Positions 28,101 through 39,290 of a stretch of 64,000 nt of DNA are shown here, one piece after another. A model generated the notes under the pieces. That model made no database searches and was not told the origin of the DNA. It was given only the letters and a program-made list of their open reading frames with translations. A program made the position numbers and the translations under genes. The stretch covers positions 10,912,001 to 10,976,000 of the forward strand of contig OZ249441.1 in NCBI GenBank assembly GCA_965235115.1, in the 5' to 3' direction. Each line of letters begins with the position of its first letter. Position 1 is the stretch's first letter. Source of the stretch: Laetmonice hystrix. Taxonomy: Eukaryota.

Positions 28101-31100
28101 TGTAGCACTATTATATTTTACCGTCATCACGATTGTGGGTTGTGTCAATGTCAAGCCAAGCTGGATCGAATGTTTTGGTATGTATGCATCAGTTAATCAC
28201 TTTATCCTCAAATTCTGCTATGGCCGTCGAGAACTAGAGAGAGAGATAGAGAGAGACAGAAAGAGCGAGAGAGAGCGAGCGAGAGAGAGATAGAGAGAGA
28301 GCTGTTACTATATGTAGGGGAGATGGCAGTGGGCGTGTGTTGGGGGGGGGGGGAGGGGGTAATTTGTCTGGACACTGATCATCGCGGAGCCATAGAAAAT
28401 TGCTGACATGGTGAAACAGGTAGAAAGAGTCAATGAAGCCTGCATGGGGACCGTCATCGACCTAATGTTATTATCTCGATGTACATCCGGTCTGTTGTCA
28501 GTGTTCCTGGAGGTCATGTCAATCCTCAGTCATAACCATGGAAACAAACAGCACGGAAGACCAGTAAATGAAACCATTCAAACAGGTTTTTTCCAGTTTC
28601 AGAGTATTTCTTTTGTAAATATGCTCTATATTAAATGAGTTTGATTGCAGAACTGTGATTAATTTTCTGTTACGCTCGGTATGGGTAGTGTTAGCCGTTA
28701 GCGTTGTTTGTGTTTGGTTACAGAACCGTCAGCGTTGTGTGTGTTTGGGTACAGAACCGTCAGCGTTGTGTGTGTTTAATTACAGAACCGTCAGCGTTGT
28801 GTGTGTTTGATTACAGAACCGTCAGCGTTGTGTGTGTTTAATTAGGCCTACAGAACCGTCAGCGTTGTGTGTGTTTGAGTACTGAACCGTCAGCGTTGTG
28901 TGTGTTTGATTACAGAACCGTCAGCGTTGTGTGTGTTTGATTACAGAACCGTCAGCGTTGTGTGTGTTTGATTACAGAACCGTCAGCGTTGTGTGTGTTT
29001 GATTACAGAACCGTCAGCGGTGTGTGTGTTTGATTACAGAACCGTCAGCGGTGTGTGTGTTTGATTACAGAACCGCCAGCGTTGTGCGTGTTTGATTACA
29101 GAACCGCCAGCGTTGTGCGTGTTTGATTACAGAACCGTCAGCGTTGTGCGTGTTTGATTACAGAACCGCCAGCGTTGTGCGTGTTTGATTACAGAACCGT
29201 CAGCGTTGTGTGTGTTTGATTGTAGAACCGTACTGGTTAGCCCTGTCAGTGGCCGAGTTTGCCTTGGTGCAGCTGTTCCTGACGGCCGGAATCTACATCA
29301 CCCGACGGCTCAATGAGATCAGCACACTCGACTCGGTCAGACGGGCTCAGAAGAGAGACGTGTGGAGGTAAGTTGGTGCTTAGTTAGTACCTGTAAACAT
29401 TAGGCCTACTGATATTAGAAACTTTGTGGAGCTCTCTTCTTTCTGAGCCAAAGCACATTATCATGGTTCTAACTGACTGTTTGCTTTGCAGCCTCATCAT
29501 TGCCTTCGAAATGTCTGCTTTGGTCGGCTTAGTCTATGATTTGATACTTAAGACCCGTAAGTAGCCTATCATTAATACGACGCTGATTGCAACGATTTAC
29601 TGTTGACTATAAATATCCAACTATTGATAAATCCCTTTTCTTTGGACGGTGATCTACCGGTGAAAGTACCCTACTGTCGCTACAAATGATATTCTTCCCG
29701 ATTTCTGAAGGACAAGTTTGTCTCATTGTCACCTCATACTTTCTAAATTGATTTGAAGGATCTTTACAACAATTTGTTTTTTTTTAATTTTTTAGTGGGT
29801 GATGAAGAGGATGGCTGCAGTGGTGTTTTCGTATGTGAAGATATTACTATGTAATATTGTTAGAAATTGAACAATTGCTCGGTAAAATAAACGAACATTG
29901 ACTGCCATTACTGGAGGACGCAATGTAAATGTGCGCTCAGAAATAACACAGCCGCTAAATCGTTTTGTATGTTCGTCCTCGCTCAGAGAAAAAAACATGA
30001 CAGTTCATGTTTCCATTTCAGCTTCACATGCAGCAGATATATTCGCCCGTGTTCGGAACATTTATGGTAAGAATACGTCATAGGTTATAGGAGAGTTACA
30101 TTACAAGGGATGAAATCCTGATGATATCGAGAGGACTGGCTGAGTTTCTACCACTGCCCCATGTAGATGGATAGTGTTAACTGAAATCAATGGTACTGGT
30201 TTCAGCTGATGAAGTTTCTGGTACCGCTATGGGCTATGTTTCTACCACTGCCCCATGTAGATGGATAGTGTTAACTGAAAACAATGGTACTGGTTTCAGC
30301 TGATGAAGTTCCTGGTACCGCTATGTTTCTACCACTGCCCCATGTAGATGGATAGTGTTAACTGAAAACAATGGTACTGGTTTCAGCTGATGAAGTTCCT
30401 GGTACCGCTATGTTTCTACCACTGCCCCATGTAGATAGATAGTGTTAACTGAAATCAATGGTACTGGTTTCAGCTGATGAAGTTTCTGGTACCGCTATGG
30501 GCGATGTTTCTACCACTGCCCCATGTAGATAGATAGTGTTAACTGAAAACAATGGTACTGGTTTCAGCTGATGAAGTTCCTGGTACCGATATGGGCGATG
30601 TTTCTACCACTGCCCCATGTAGATGATAGTGTTAACTGAAAACAATGGTACTGGTTTCAGCTGATGAAGTTCCTGGTACCGCTATGGGCGATGTTTCTAC
30701 CACTGCCCCATGTAGATGATAGTGTTAACTGAAAACAATGGTACTGGTTTCAGCTGATGAAGTTCTTGGTACCTCTATGGGCGATGTTGTTCGTATTCCA
30801 CCCCATTGAGTCGACCCCGGAACCGGACGACCTTCACCCCGCCGTCAGTGAAGAAGGGGTTAGTATTTGTATCACTTCATCCCTCACCTCGACATTGTAT
30901 CACCTCATCCCTCACCTCGACATTGTATCACCTCATCCCTCACCACGACATTGTATCACCTCATCCGTCAGCTCGACATTGTATCACCTCATCCCTCACC
31001 TCGACATTGTATCACCTCATCCCGCACCTCGACATTGTATTACCTCATCCCTCAGCTCGACATTGTATCACCTCATCCCTCAGCTCGACATTGTATCACC

Positions 31101-31654
31101 TTATCCCTCACCTCGACATTGTATCACCTCATCCCTCAGCTCAACATTAGATCTTGGACTAAGACCTATTACTGCCCTTCCAAGAGAGACTGCAGTATCT
31201 GCAAAATTGTGAAATTGAGAAAGTCGACCCTAAAGTTTAGCCTTGAGCCATATGAAAGTATTTGAAGGACTTAAGTAGTTATGGCATATATGCCATAACT
31301 ACTTAATATGCCGCAATCCTTTTTGAAATGATGACGTAGCAGGTAGAGAGCCAATGTGGTAAAGCTTTGCTTTGCTTGTCGCAGACGTACACGTCGGTAT
31401 TTAGCCCGCCGTACTCGGGTGGCGATTCCCGCCACCGTTACAAGCCGCTCTACCACCCGGGAGGCAGTGACCTGACGCCGTCTGACTCCGACGTCAGTCC
31501 TTCACCAGCCTCCACCCCGGTGGCTAACTCCCTCCGACACTCCGCCTCCAACCTGGCCACCATCAGTGAGGAGGTGGCCGAACACAACGACGCCATAGAC
31601 GCCGACAACGCCAACGTCGAGGAGAGTGACAGGAAGCCAATCCTGACGTCATAG
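25106..31654 (+). CDS. Uncharacterised seven-transmembrane protein (orphan GPCR-like), 401 aa, 10 coding exons
   Basis: Exons 25106-25272, 26458-26595, 27821-27961, 28080-28177, 29226-29367, 29492-29556, 29796-29830, 30022-30066, 30754-30858, 31385-31654. All GT-AG, phases consistent, 1206 nt. N-terminus has sequons NLS, NTS, NDT. Seven hydrophobic segments (GVMSILMLLTGAMCAA; YTIFYCATLECLLCAIHWLLG; FIAQYLKLVQFLVVSHFYW; VLMPAFAVALLYFTVITIVG; YWLALSVAEFALVQLFLTAGIYI; VWSLIIAFEMSALVGLVYDLIL; VFGTFMLMKFLVPLWAMLFVF) and a Ser/Pro/acidic tail. Family not identified. Confidence 0.85.
28233..28300. repeat. (GA)n-type microsatellite
   Basis: Imperfect GA/GAGC run in intron 4 of the 7TM gene. Confidence 0.9.
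28696..29231 (+). repeat. 31-bp minisatellite (about 17 units) built from the intron 4/exon 5 acceptor junction
   Basis: Unit CAGCGTTGTGTGTGTTTGATTACAG|AACCGT; the last unit (TTGTAG|AACCGTACTGG) is the real exon start at 29226. Confidence 0.92.
30144..30786 (+). repeat. 87-94-bp minisatellite (7 units) containing the intron 8 acceptor plus the first 8-11 codons of exon 9
   Basis: TTTCAG|CTGATGAAG junctions with the AG ending at 30205, 30299, 30386, 30473, 30567, 30660, 30753. Confidence 0.93.
30866..31146. repeat. 28-bp minisatellite, about 10 units, starting just after the exon 9 donor
   Basis: Unit ACATTGTATCACCTCATCCCTCACCTCG. Confidence 0.95.
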
Positions 31655-31866
31655 GAGCCTCGCTTCCGGCCAACATCACATTATATATCCGTCAGGACAG
31701 GAACTAAAACGTGCGAAGTATTAAAGGTGATCAGAGATATAAGTAGGATAAGACTTTATCAGAGGAACATGCCTATTTTGACATATTTATCCCAAATGTC
31801 TTCTTGTCGGCCATGTATTAATCTAAATATTTATTGTGTTGAGTACTGATGAAAGGTTTTTACATG

Positions 31867-31927
31867 GCTGAGGTCGTCAGTGTGTGGAGTGGACATTGCT
31901 GAGGTCGTCAGTGTGTGGAGTGGACAT
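31867..31927. repeat. 31-bp tandem duplication in the 7TM 3'UTR region
   Basis: GCTGAGGTCGTCAGTGTGTGGAGTGGACAT x2. Confidence 0.9.
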
Positions 31928-33492
31928 GGAATGGGTGTAAATTATGAAAGGGTGGAAAATTGTCGCCCCATCCTCATGTTTCAGCCTTGGGCTATGAATA
32001 CACTATAATCAGTCCATGTTATGACGTTCCTTGCATATAACCTCCAGGCCTATAGAAATAGAGGGCCAACGCCAGCTGAAAGTAGGCCAATACATTTGAC
32101 TCAAATGGATTATTATAAATGAGTAACCTTCAAAATTACAGGCCAAGGTGAAGAAAATCATATCCATGTCCTTGTTAAAATGTTTTCACCAAGACGGCAC
32201 AATGTTATTATGTCTCCGAGTGATGACCTGCTGACAGGTTGGGAAGGTGTACGTTAATTATGGTACCTTTGTATTAAATAACCCTAGCCCAGCCCTGTAG
32301 ATGTATTGGCAGATACCGTGATAATGTGTACGGTCATTGTCCGGCCTGGTCAGGCTGGAAAATCTACCGTCCACTTAGGTCTACCCCACGAACACAAATA
32401 GGATGGTATTGTCTTTGAAAACCTTACTTGTTATCGACATTGGAAGTGACTATACAACTCAATCTTAGCTTGCTTTTTTTCTGAATACAGGTGTCATGTG
32501 GTTAATATATAAGTAGCATATATTTCATTAGGCCTGTTACATCACCCCTCTATAGCTCACCACCTCTCTATGGCTGCTGGTGGTTGATTCTGATCAAACT
32601 TGGAAGTAAAAAGGAATGAGTGTAACGGACAATTTTCTGTTCTGAGAAGGGGGGGGGCATCCTCCTCGGTATAATTGATCGACCACAAACGGGGGGCAAG
32701 CCAGAGGCGTTTTTTGAAGTAGGTCCCCAACAGGTGAAGTATTACCACAGCCGACATTACCACTAGTTTTCTTCCCCACATCTTAGGCTGAGACACACTG
32801 CTTGCCCGCGTGGATTAGTCGGAGGTAGGATTGCCACACACACCACCTACCTTAGAAACAACAAGTATTGATCTCTTCCCATTTAGGTTGACATTATGTC
32901 AGAACGGCGTGTGTTAATATAATTAGTTGATATAAATACAATGGAATCTTTGTTAGGTCTGTGCTGTATGTCATTCACTCTCAAGATCATGTCCTCTAAC
33001 GAGGTGTAGAAGACGATGTTATATCAGCACCCGCAGTGACTCCCCCCTGGTTTAGAAATGTGAAGTGGTCGTGTATTTTTTCTCATTTCCTCGTTGAGGA
33101 TGGATCGCATTGATTGCATTAGCTCGAGGTCTACGACCGTATTGCACATTATAAAAGTACAAGGAAGTGTTTGGATACCAAGAGGACAGTGAAATGCATG
33201 GCAATTTGCATGTCATAGAAACGTGAACTGTAAACCTGAGAAAGTACCTCTTGTTATCATGAACATCCATCAGCATCCTGTCCCTTCACTTTAATTGAAG
33301 GGACAGATCTTGGTGAAGAGTCAGTATAAAGTCGACTCTTGTAACGTTATTACGATAAACTACCCCAACTTGCGTTGTGATGTTCAGTAATTTATATAGT
33401 TAGTTTTACGCAAAATCCTCGACTTTTTGTAGCTAATGTCCGAATACATTGCCATAGGTCTCCGAGGTTCCGGTAAAGACAAGGCACGCCCT

Positions 33493-33620
33493 TCTCCCAA
33501 CCTTTTGGTGACTTGTCTGTCTGACTCACAGAGTCTCCCAACCTTTAGGTGACTTGTCTGTCTGACTCACGGAGTCTCCCAACCTTTAGGTGACTTTTCT
33601 GTCTGACTCACAGAGTCTCC
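33493..33620. repeat. 41-bp tandem repeat x3
   Basis: TCTCCCAACCTTTAGGTGACTTGTCTGTCTGACTCACAGAG; each unit carries GTGAGT on the minus strand. Confidence 0.9.
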
Positions 33621-34406
33621 TCGACAAGGCACACAAAACGACGAAGGAACCGGTCCGCAGTGTCCTTGGGACGCACGCGGTGATGCCTGGCTCACACTCT
33701 TGCTTTTGTTTTCGTCAGGTTTGCGTCCAGCCTCCCCCAAATTTCCTGCGTCGGTTCACGTCGAGTTTTGGGCGCAGTAGCGACGCATTCAGCTCTCACA
33801 TCTTGCGTTTTGCGTTGCGCTCACTTCCGTCGACTTTTAGGTAATTCGGCAGACCGTTGCTGGAACCTGTATACAAACGAATGTTTTCCAAAATATACTG
33901 TTTCGAACTTAAGTAAGGTCAGAGGGAAATGTCATTTCTAAAACTATATATAGGCCTAGAACGTCTTTTATTGTAAACAATTCCTTCATGTAGGCCTAAG
34001 ATGGATTTCTGTCATTAATGCTTTTAAACCCCTACTTCAGCATTGTGTATATATTTGTCTTCTTTTGATCGTCTCTATACATTTGTACCATCAAGGCAAG
34101 AATGCAGACAGACCCAAGTATCTTTACCAAAACTGACTTCATAAAGTCAGTTTTGGAATCAAGATTAAAAATCAATGTTTAAGTTTCTAAGTTGCCATTG
34201 GTGCTGGTAACTTTATTGGCAACATTTAGATAAATATCCAATGTATCACCTAATAATGACAAACGTGTTTTGTTATTGATCTCTTTGCTTGAACTACTTC
34301 AGTCACACAAACTGTTAATTGACGTGACGTAGGTCACTCTGGCCCTAACAATCGGCGAATGTGTGTGACCAGCTATCAACTGTCATTGAAAAGGTCACCA
34401 GTGCTG

Positions 34407-34654
34407 CCACCTAACGGTCACACACAGCGTGTATACGCGCCATCTACCGGGGCTTTCCTTCCCGCCGTCCAAACCACCTAACGGTAACTGTACACACTGC
34501 GGGTATACGCGCCATCTACCGGGGCTTTCCTTCTCGCCGTCCAAACCACCTAACGGTAACTGTACACACTGCGTGCCGTCCAAGCCACCTAGCGGTAACA
34601 CACTACGTGTATACGCGCCATCTACCGGGACTTTCCTTCCCACCGTCCAAACCA
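34407..34654. repeat. About 70-bp imperfect tandem repeat, 3-4 units
   Basis: CCACCTAACGGT...GTATACGCGCCATCTACCGGGGCTTTCCTT...CCGTCCAAA recurring at spacings of 67, 72 and 39 bp. Confidence 0.85.
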
Positions 34655-35300
34655 CGGGATTAGCAATCTTTGATCCCGTACGAGCAGATTCAGCCGATCC
34701 AGAAACACTGGAGGCGATATATTTTAAAGATCTCAGTCAGAAACATTAAATAGGCCTGCATGGTTTACAGTCATTGCTTTCGTTTCAGATTTACCTATTA
34801 TAATACTGTCTAGGCTAAGTAGTCCATGAGCCAGATGGGCCAAAAATGGCCAATCGGTACCAGTTTGGGGGGCAAATTCTAATATGCATTTTTGTTAAGT
34901 ATCATATCCCTACTTAATATTTCTGCATGATAGACATTTGTAAGTAGTAGCTTAATGTGTTATATCAACGGGTTTTCATGGGTGGGTCAGTGCAACTTGC
35001 TACTCCAAAATTAGGGATATATCGCCAATCATCTTGGTTTGCCCAATATTATTTAGGCATCCGGGCTTTTATTTTCCTTTTAAACCGTTATAGACTAACT
35101 TGAAATATGATAGGTATTGTTATATAACAATTTATAGTATTTAGATACATTTATGGCTTGGTAAATAATCATTTGTATACAAGTAGACTGTTATATGATA
35201 CAAGCAGGGTAGAACTTTCTTGAACACAACCTGATAAGTACATAATGTGCAGTTTTCTTCTTATAAGGTAGTATATGTTTATTTACAAGTCTACTGACAT

Positions 35301-35558
35301 CTTTTTCTGCGGGTACTCCGGTTTCCTCCACCAAGAAAAACTAACTTTCATCATCATCTTCACCGCCATGATCCCGTTGGGACCCGGGATAAAATAGGTT
35401 CCTTTGGTTTTATGGTCTTATAACTCTGTTTTCGCCGTGAAGATGGCCCCGGATGCCCACACGGCGGAAAACCACCACTACTCACTCACTCACTCACTCA
35501 CCGCCATGATATGACCCTCGCTGTTGCAAGGCGTAAAACCCCAAATACCCACCCACCC
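35301..35558 (+). mobile_element. 3' part of a tRNA-type SINE (V/Meta-SINE-like core), interrupted by a second SINE
   Basis: GGGTACTCCGGTTTCCTCCACCA core, then ACCGCCATGATATGACC...GGCGTAAAAC and a (CCCA)n tail. Confidence 0.6.
35373..35497 (+). mobile_element. 5'-truncated SINE inserted inside another SINE
   Basis: Flanked by the 13-bp direct repeat TCACCGCCATGAT (35360-72 and 35498-510); ends in a (CTCA)n tail. Confidence 0.7.
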
Positions 35559-35589
35559 AAATGATGTCATAGGATAAGATATAGATTTT

Positions 35590-37200
35590 GTCATGACTTA
35601 TATTAAAACATTCGTTGGAATCTTTAAAAATAGGATAACCTTCCACTCAAAGGGTATACATTGACGTATTTGTAATATGTCTAGAAAGTTACATCGTACT
35701 CCCTTGGTATGGAGATCAGTATGTGACATAAAGCCAGAGTCAGGTGTTAGTAAGTCAGAAATGTAAAGTACACCCATATTAATCCACTGTTTCCAACAAA
35801 AGTAAGTCAGAAATGTAAAGTACACCCATATTAATCCACTGTTTCCAACAAAAGGGTTTTTTGCCAATTAATAGAGAATTGTTATTCCAAATATTTTGTT
35901 TGAGAATAATGTTCCCGATTGGTGGGGTTAACATTCTTTATATCGTTCCAGAAGGTTAATAACTCCCTATAAAAGGGAGGCAGCGCTTTCAAGTCACAAT
36001 ATCTGTATATTGGAAAAAATGGAATGGTTTTGTGTTCAGGTATAGGTTTAAGAGAGACCTGGCTTACCTGTTAAAATCCACCATTTTCAAACCACCATTA
36101 TCTATCGTTTGCGTGCTGACACCTTTGGCAACTTTTGACCTACCACCACTCCATAAAAAGTCATGTAACAGTTCTTCTACTTCAACGATAACATTTTTGG
36201 CTACGCTAATTATTTAAGCCATATAAATAAAAGGAGAGATGGCAAGCGAATTAATTACAGTGATCTTTCCTTTTATTTAGAGATTTCTCCGACGCAAAAA
36301 GTTAAGTAAGTTACGGAGATTAGTGATCTTAGTTTCGAAGTTTATCTTTATCATGTATGATTCAAACTCATTGCGTACAAAAGTAACACCAGTGAACTGT
36401 ATATTTCCGTTGGTCCATATAATACCAAAAAGATTGGGCGTTTATATTTGGTGGAGCATTGATCCATTTTGCCACCGTTTTGTTTAAGTTAATTTTTAAG
36501 CCTGCGCATTAGAAAAATAAGTCTAAGATTTTAGGAGCATTCTTTAGGGACTCACAATCAAGGAGAATTAGTGTAGTATCATCAGCAGCTTGAGTAATTT
36601 TAATTTCGTAATCATTTCTAAAGACACCTTTTACATCTTTATCTTTTCTTATGTTAGAAGCTATGGAAGCTAGTTATGGAAAATAGGGCCAAAATAAAAG
36701 GCCTGAAGGGTTTTATTAATGAAGGTCCAGGAGACAGTATGGAAAGCCTTTTCAAAATCGACCGTAGTTATAATGCAGGATAATCCGCGTGTTTGTGCAA
36801 TGGACAGTATATCGTGTATATCACACGGATATGTTCACCAATGAAACGACCTTTGATATAAGCGGTCTGATCCGCGCTAATAATATCTGGTAAAATGGCA
36901 CAGAGACGAGCAGTGAGTGTTTTAGCAATAGTCGGTATTAAGGAGAGAGATAGGTCTCCAGTTAGTTATGAATAGTTTATTTTTGCCCTTTTGGGGATTA
37001 GGGTTATGACTCCACGCTTCTGCTCCATAGAAAGATGTCCAGCAGAGTAGGCATAATTTAGTGAGGAAAAGACAAGGTTATTGGTGTCTGTCCAGAAGAA
37101 TTTGTAAAATTCAGCAGGGAGACCATCAGAGCCAGGTGTTTTAGTGTTTTTCACCAGTTTCAAGTTCTCGAGGAGTTCCTTATGTAACAAGATGTCTTTA
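35590..37200 (-). mobile_element. Decayed L1/Tx1-clade LINE ORF2 (reverse transcriptase) fragment
   Basis: Minus-strand motifs KTPGSDGLPAEFYKFFW, EQKRGVITLIPK, ISADQTAYIKGRFIGEHIR, VDFEKAFH, KITQAADDT, GLKINLNKT, DNGGLKM, YISDLL...QIRQCIP. Many stops and frameshifts, an internal deletion, and an internal duplication of about 52 bp near 35752-35854. Confidence 0.9.
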
Positions 37201-37249
37201 CATCACGTTTCTTTGTATTAATGCCAGCGTCTTCGTAGGAAAGGGCTGA

Positions 37250-37975
37250 AGCTGTATCCTCACTGGACGCGTGCGACGCGAGCGACGCGCGCGTTTTTTA
37301 AAGTAATGGAAATGAATGGAGCGCGTCACAAAAAATGTCGCGCGCGCGAAGTGCAGATGGCTCCATTCATTTCCATTACTTCTAAAATAGAAGTAATGCG
37401 ACGCGATATTTTTTCTATCTTCACCAGATGCGCGTGATACGTCTGCGTATAGGCTACGGGCCTAGGAACATAGAGGTATTTACATTATGCCCGTCTATCA
37501 ATTGCGGGTCCCGGATATCACTAAAGCCTAAAGGGGGAGGGGGCACAGGAAAGCAATTCATAATTGTTTGCATTACGAATTAAAGCTCATGCTCTTGAAT
37601 GAGAGTTCTAGAGGTAGGCCTATAGGCCTACATAATAGCTCGGGGCTTCCATGAGATACACCGTCAGTGTTAAAATTAATTAAAAATGAGTAGGCTATAG
37701 GCGTGTATAGGTGTATATTAGTCTCTTGACACTCTTGAACAAAGTTCAAGGTCGTAGATCTCACTTTTGATTGGTCAAGATGTCTTTTGTCGCGCGCGTA
37801 GCGCGACAAAAATAGAACCAGTCCTATCGGTGTCGCGACGCGCGCGTCACAAAAAATGACGCGCGCGTCGCGCGCGGCCAGTGCAGATGGCTCAATTCAT
37901 TTCCATTACTTCTAAAAAAAAACGCGCGCGTCGCTCACGTCGCTCGCGTCGCACGCGTCCAGTGAGGATACAGCT
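37250..37975. mobile_element. Non-autonomous PIF/Harbinger-like element
   Basis: Perfect terminal inverted repeat AGCTGTATCCTCACTGGACGCGTGCGACGCGAGCGACG extending imperfectly inward; flanks TGA (37247-49) and TAA (37976-78), consistent with a degraded TWA TSD; CpG-rich internal hairpins. Confidence 0.8.
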
Positions 37976-38092
37976 TAACCAGACGGAAAATTTCATATTG
38001 AATTCATGTACTATCATCCAAAATGATACAAAAGTAAATCTCAGAGATGCAAATACAAATTTTATCTGAATCTTACACCAAATAGTATTGGA

Positions 38093-38323
38093 CAGGGGCG
38101 GATTTAGGGGGCGAGGGGTACCAATCAGAAAAAAGGCAAAATTGTGTTGTTTGCAACTGTAAAAGCAAACATTTTGCTTCCTTAGAATGCAGGAAATACC
38201 ATTTCAGAGACTCTATAAATGTTCAAAATTTCCGGGGAGCATGCCCCCGGCCCCCCCTAGCAGGGCTCAGCCCCCCTTTTTCAACCCCCCCCCCCCCTTT
38301 CCAAAATCCTGGATCCGCCCCTG
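38093..38323. mobile_element. 231-bp MITE with CAGGGGCGGAT termini
   Basis: CAGGGGCGGATTTAGG ... CCTGGATCCGCCCCTG; 5-bp direct repeat TTGGA on both flanks. Confidence 0.8.
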
Positions 38324-39290
38324 TTGGATAGGAAGTAATTCTATGCTTCATAGGAAGTATAGAACCCGTTATGGCCATTCCTGATACATGGTTACGAGTG
38401 TTATAAGCTAAATCCTTTGTATTAATGGGGGCATATCTTGGTAAAATGTAACACTGTAAAACAGTGATTAAGCTACTACTTTGGAATGTCTATCATACCA
38501 AATTTATTTACCTTTGGGTAGTACTACAAGATGGTACTAGTGACAATTTGCCCCCCAAACTGGTACCGATCAACCTATCTGGCTCATGGACTAAAGGGTC
38601 TGCGTCACGATCATACTAAACCTAACAACCGGTCATGCACAGATATTCAATAATAGATCTACAAGAGAAAACGTGATGGCTGGAGGATGATTAGGCCACA
38701 CTTTTATCAGATCACAACTGTTTTCTATCTTTACAACGGCCCATACTTGATCAGATGTTTCCGAGTAGGCCTATACGCGCCAATATATGAGGATATCGTG
38801 AAGTATTTTACATAATAACCGAAACCCAAACGTTCTGAATTGCAACCGCTCATCTATCACCAAGTGTGAACTCTAGCTTGACAGGCCCTATATGTAATTT
38901 ATGTTTCTATATTCTACCTTAATTCTACCTTAACCGTTAATAAGGTATGTGTGGCGGGGGTACGGCCATTTACCCCCGATAGTGGGTGTGACTAAATCTC
39001 CTGACCGGAACGAAATATTCTCGGGGGGGGGGGGGGGTTGCAGGTTAAGGTACCCCATTACCTCGGGAAATTAGTCAAAGGGGACCTATACATGTCCTGC
39101 AAAGAAAATATTTAATAAGGGTCATCCACTCGGAAAAAAACATCCCTTTTCCCGTCTGCATCTCCCAAATAGCTCCACTTTACTCAGCATGTAATGGTTG
39201 CAATGGTTAGCGACACATCCGGGCTCTAATTATATCGGTGCTTGCCAACTTAACTCGCCCAGTTTGAAACTTTTGGCTGAGCTTGTTACG

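Larger units (their letters stand above)
34820..38593. mobile_element. Non-autonomous Academ-like DNA transposon shell (3.8 kb) with nested insertions
   Basis: Imperfect terminal inverted repeats of about 130 bp (TAGTCCATGAGCCAGAT...ATCGGTACCAGTTTGGGGGGCAAATT...ATGATAGACATT..AAGTAGTAGCTTAAT), TAG...CTA termini, and AAG on both flanks (34817-19, 38594-96). TAG termini with a 3-bp TSD are Academ hallmarks. Confidence 0.7.

Noticed and set aside
30144-30786. Tandem hammerhead ribozymes (CTGATGA...GAAA in every unit, with an AGTT/AACT stem II)
   Set aside because: Stems I and III cannot be closed around an NUH site, and CTGATGA is explained by the exon codons CTG ATG AAG.
30806-31265. His/Pro-rich ORFs in three frames
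   Set aside because: Generated by the 28-bp intronic minisatellite; the real exon ends at the donor at 30858.
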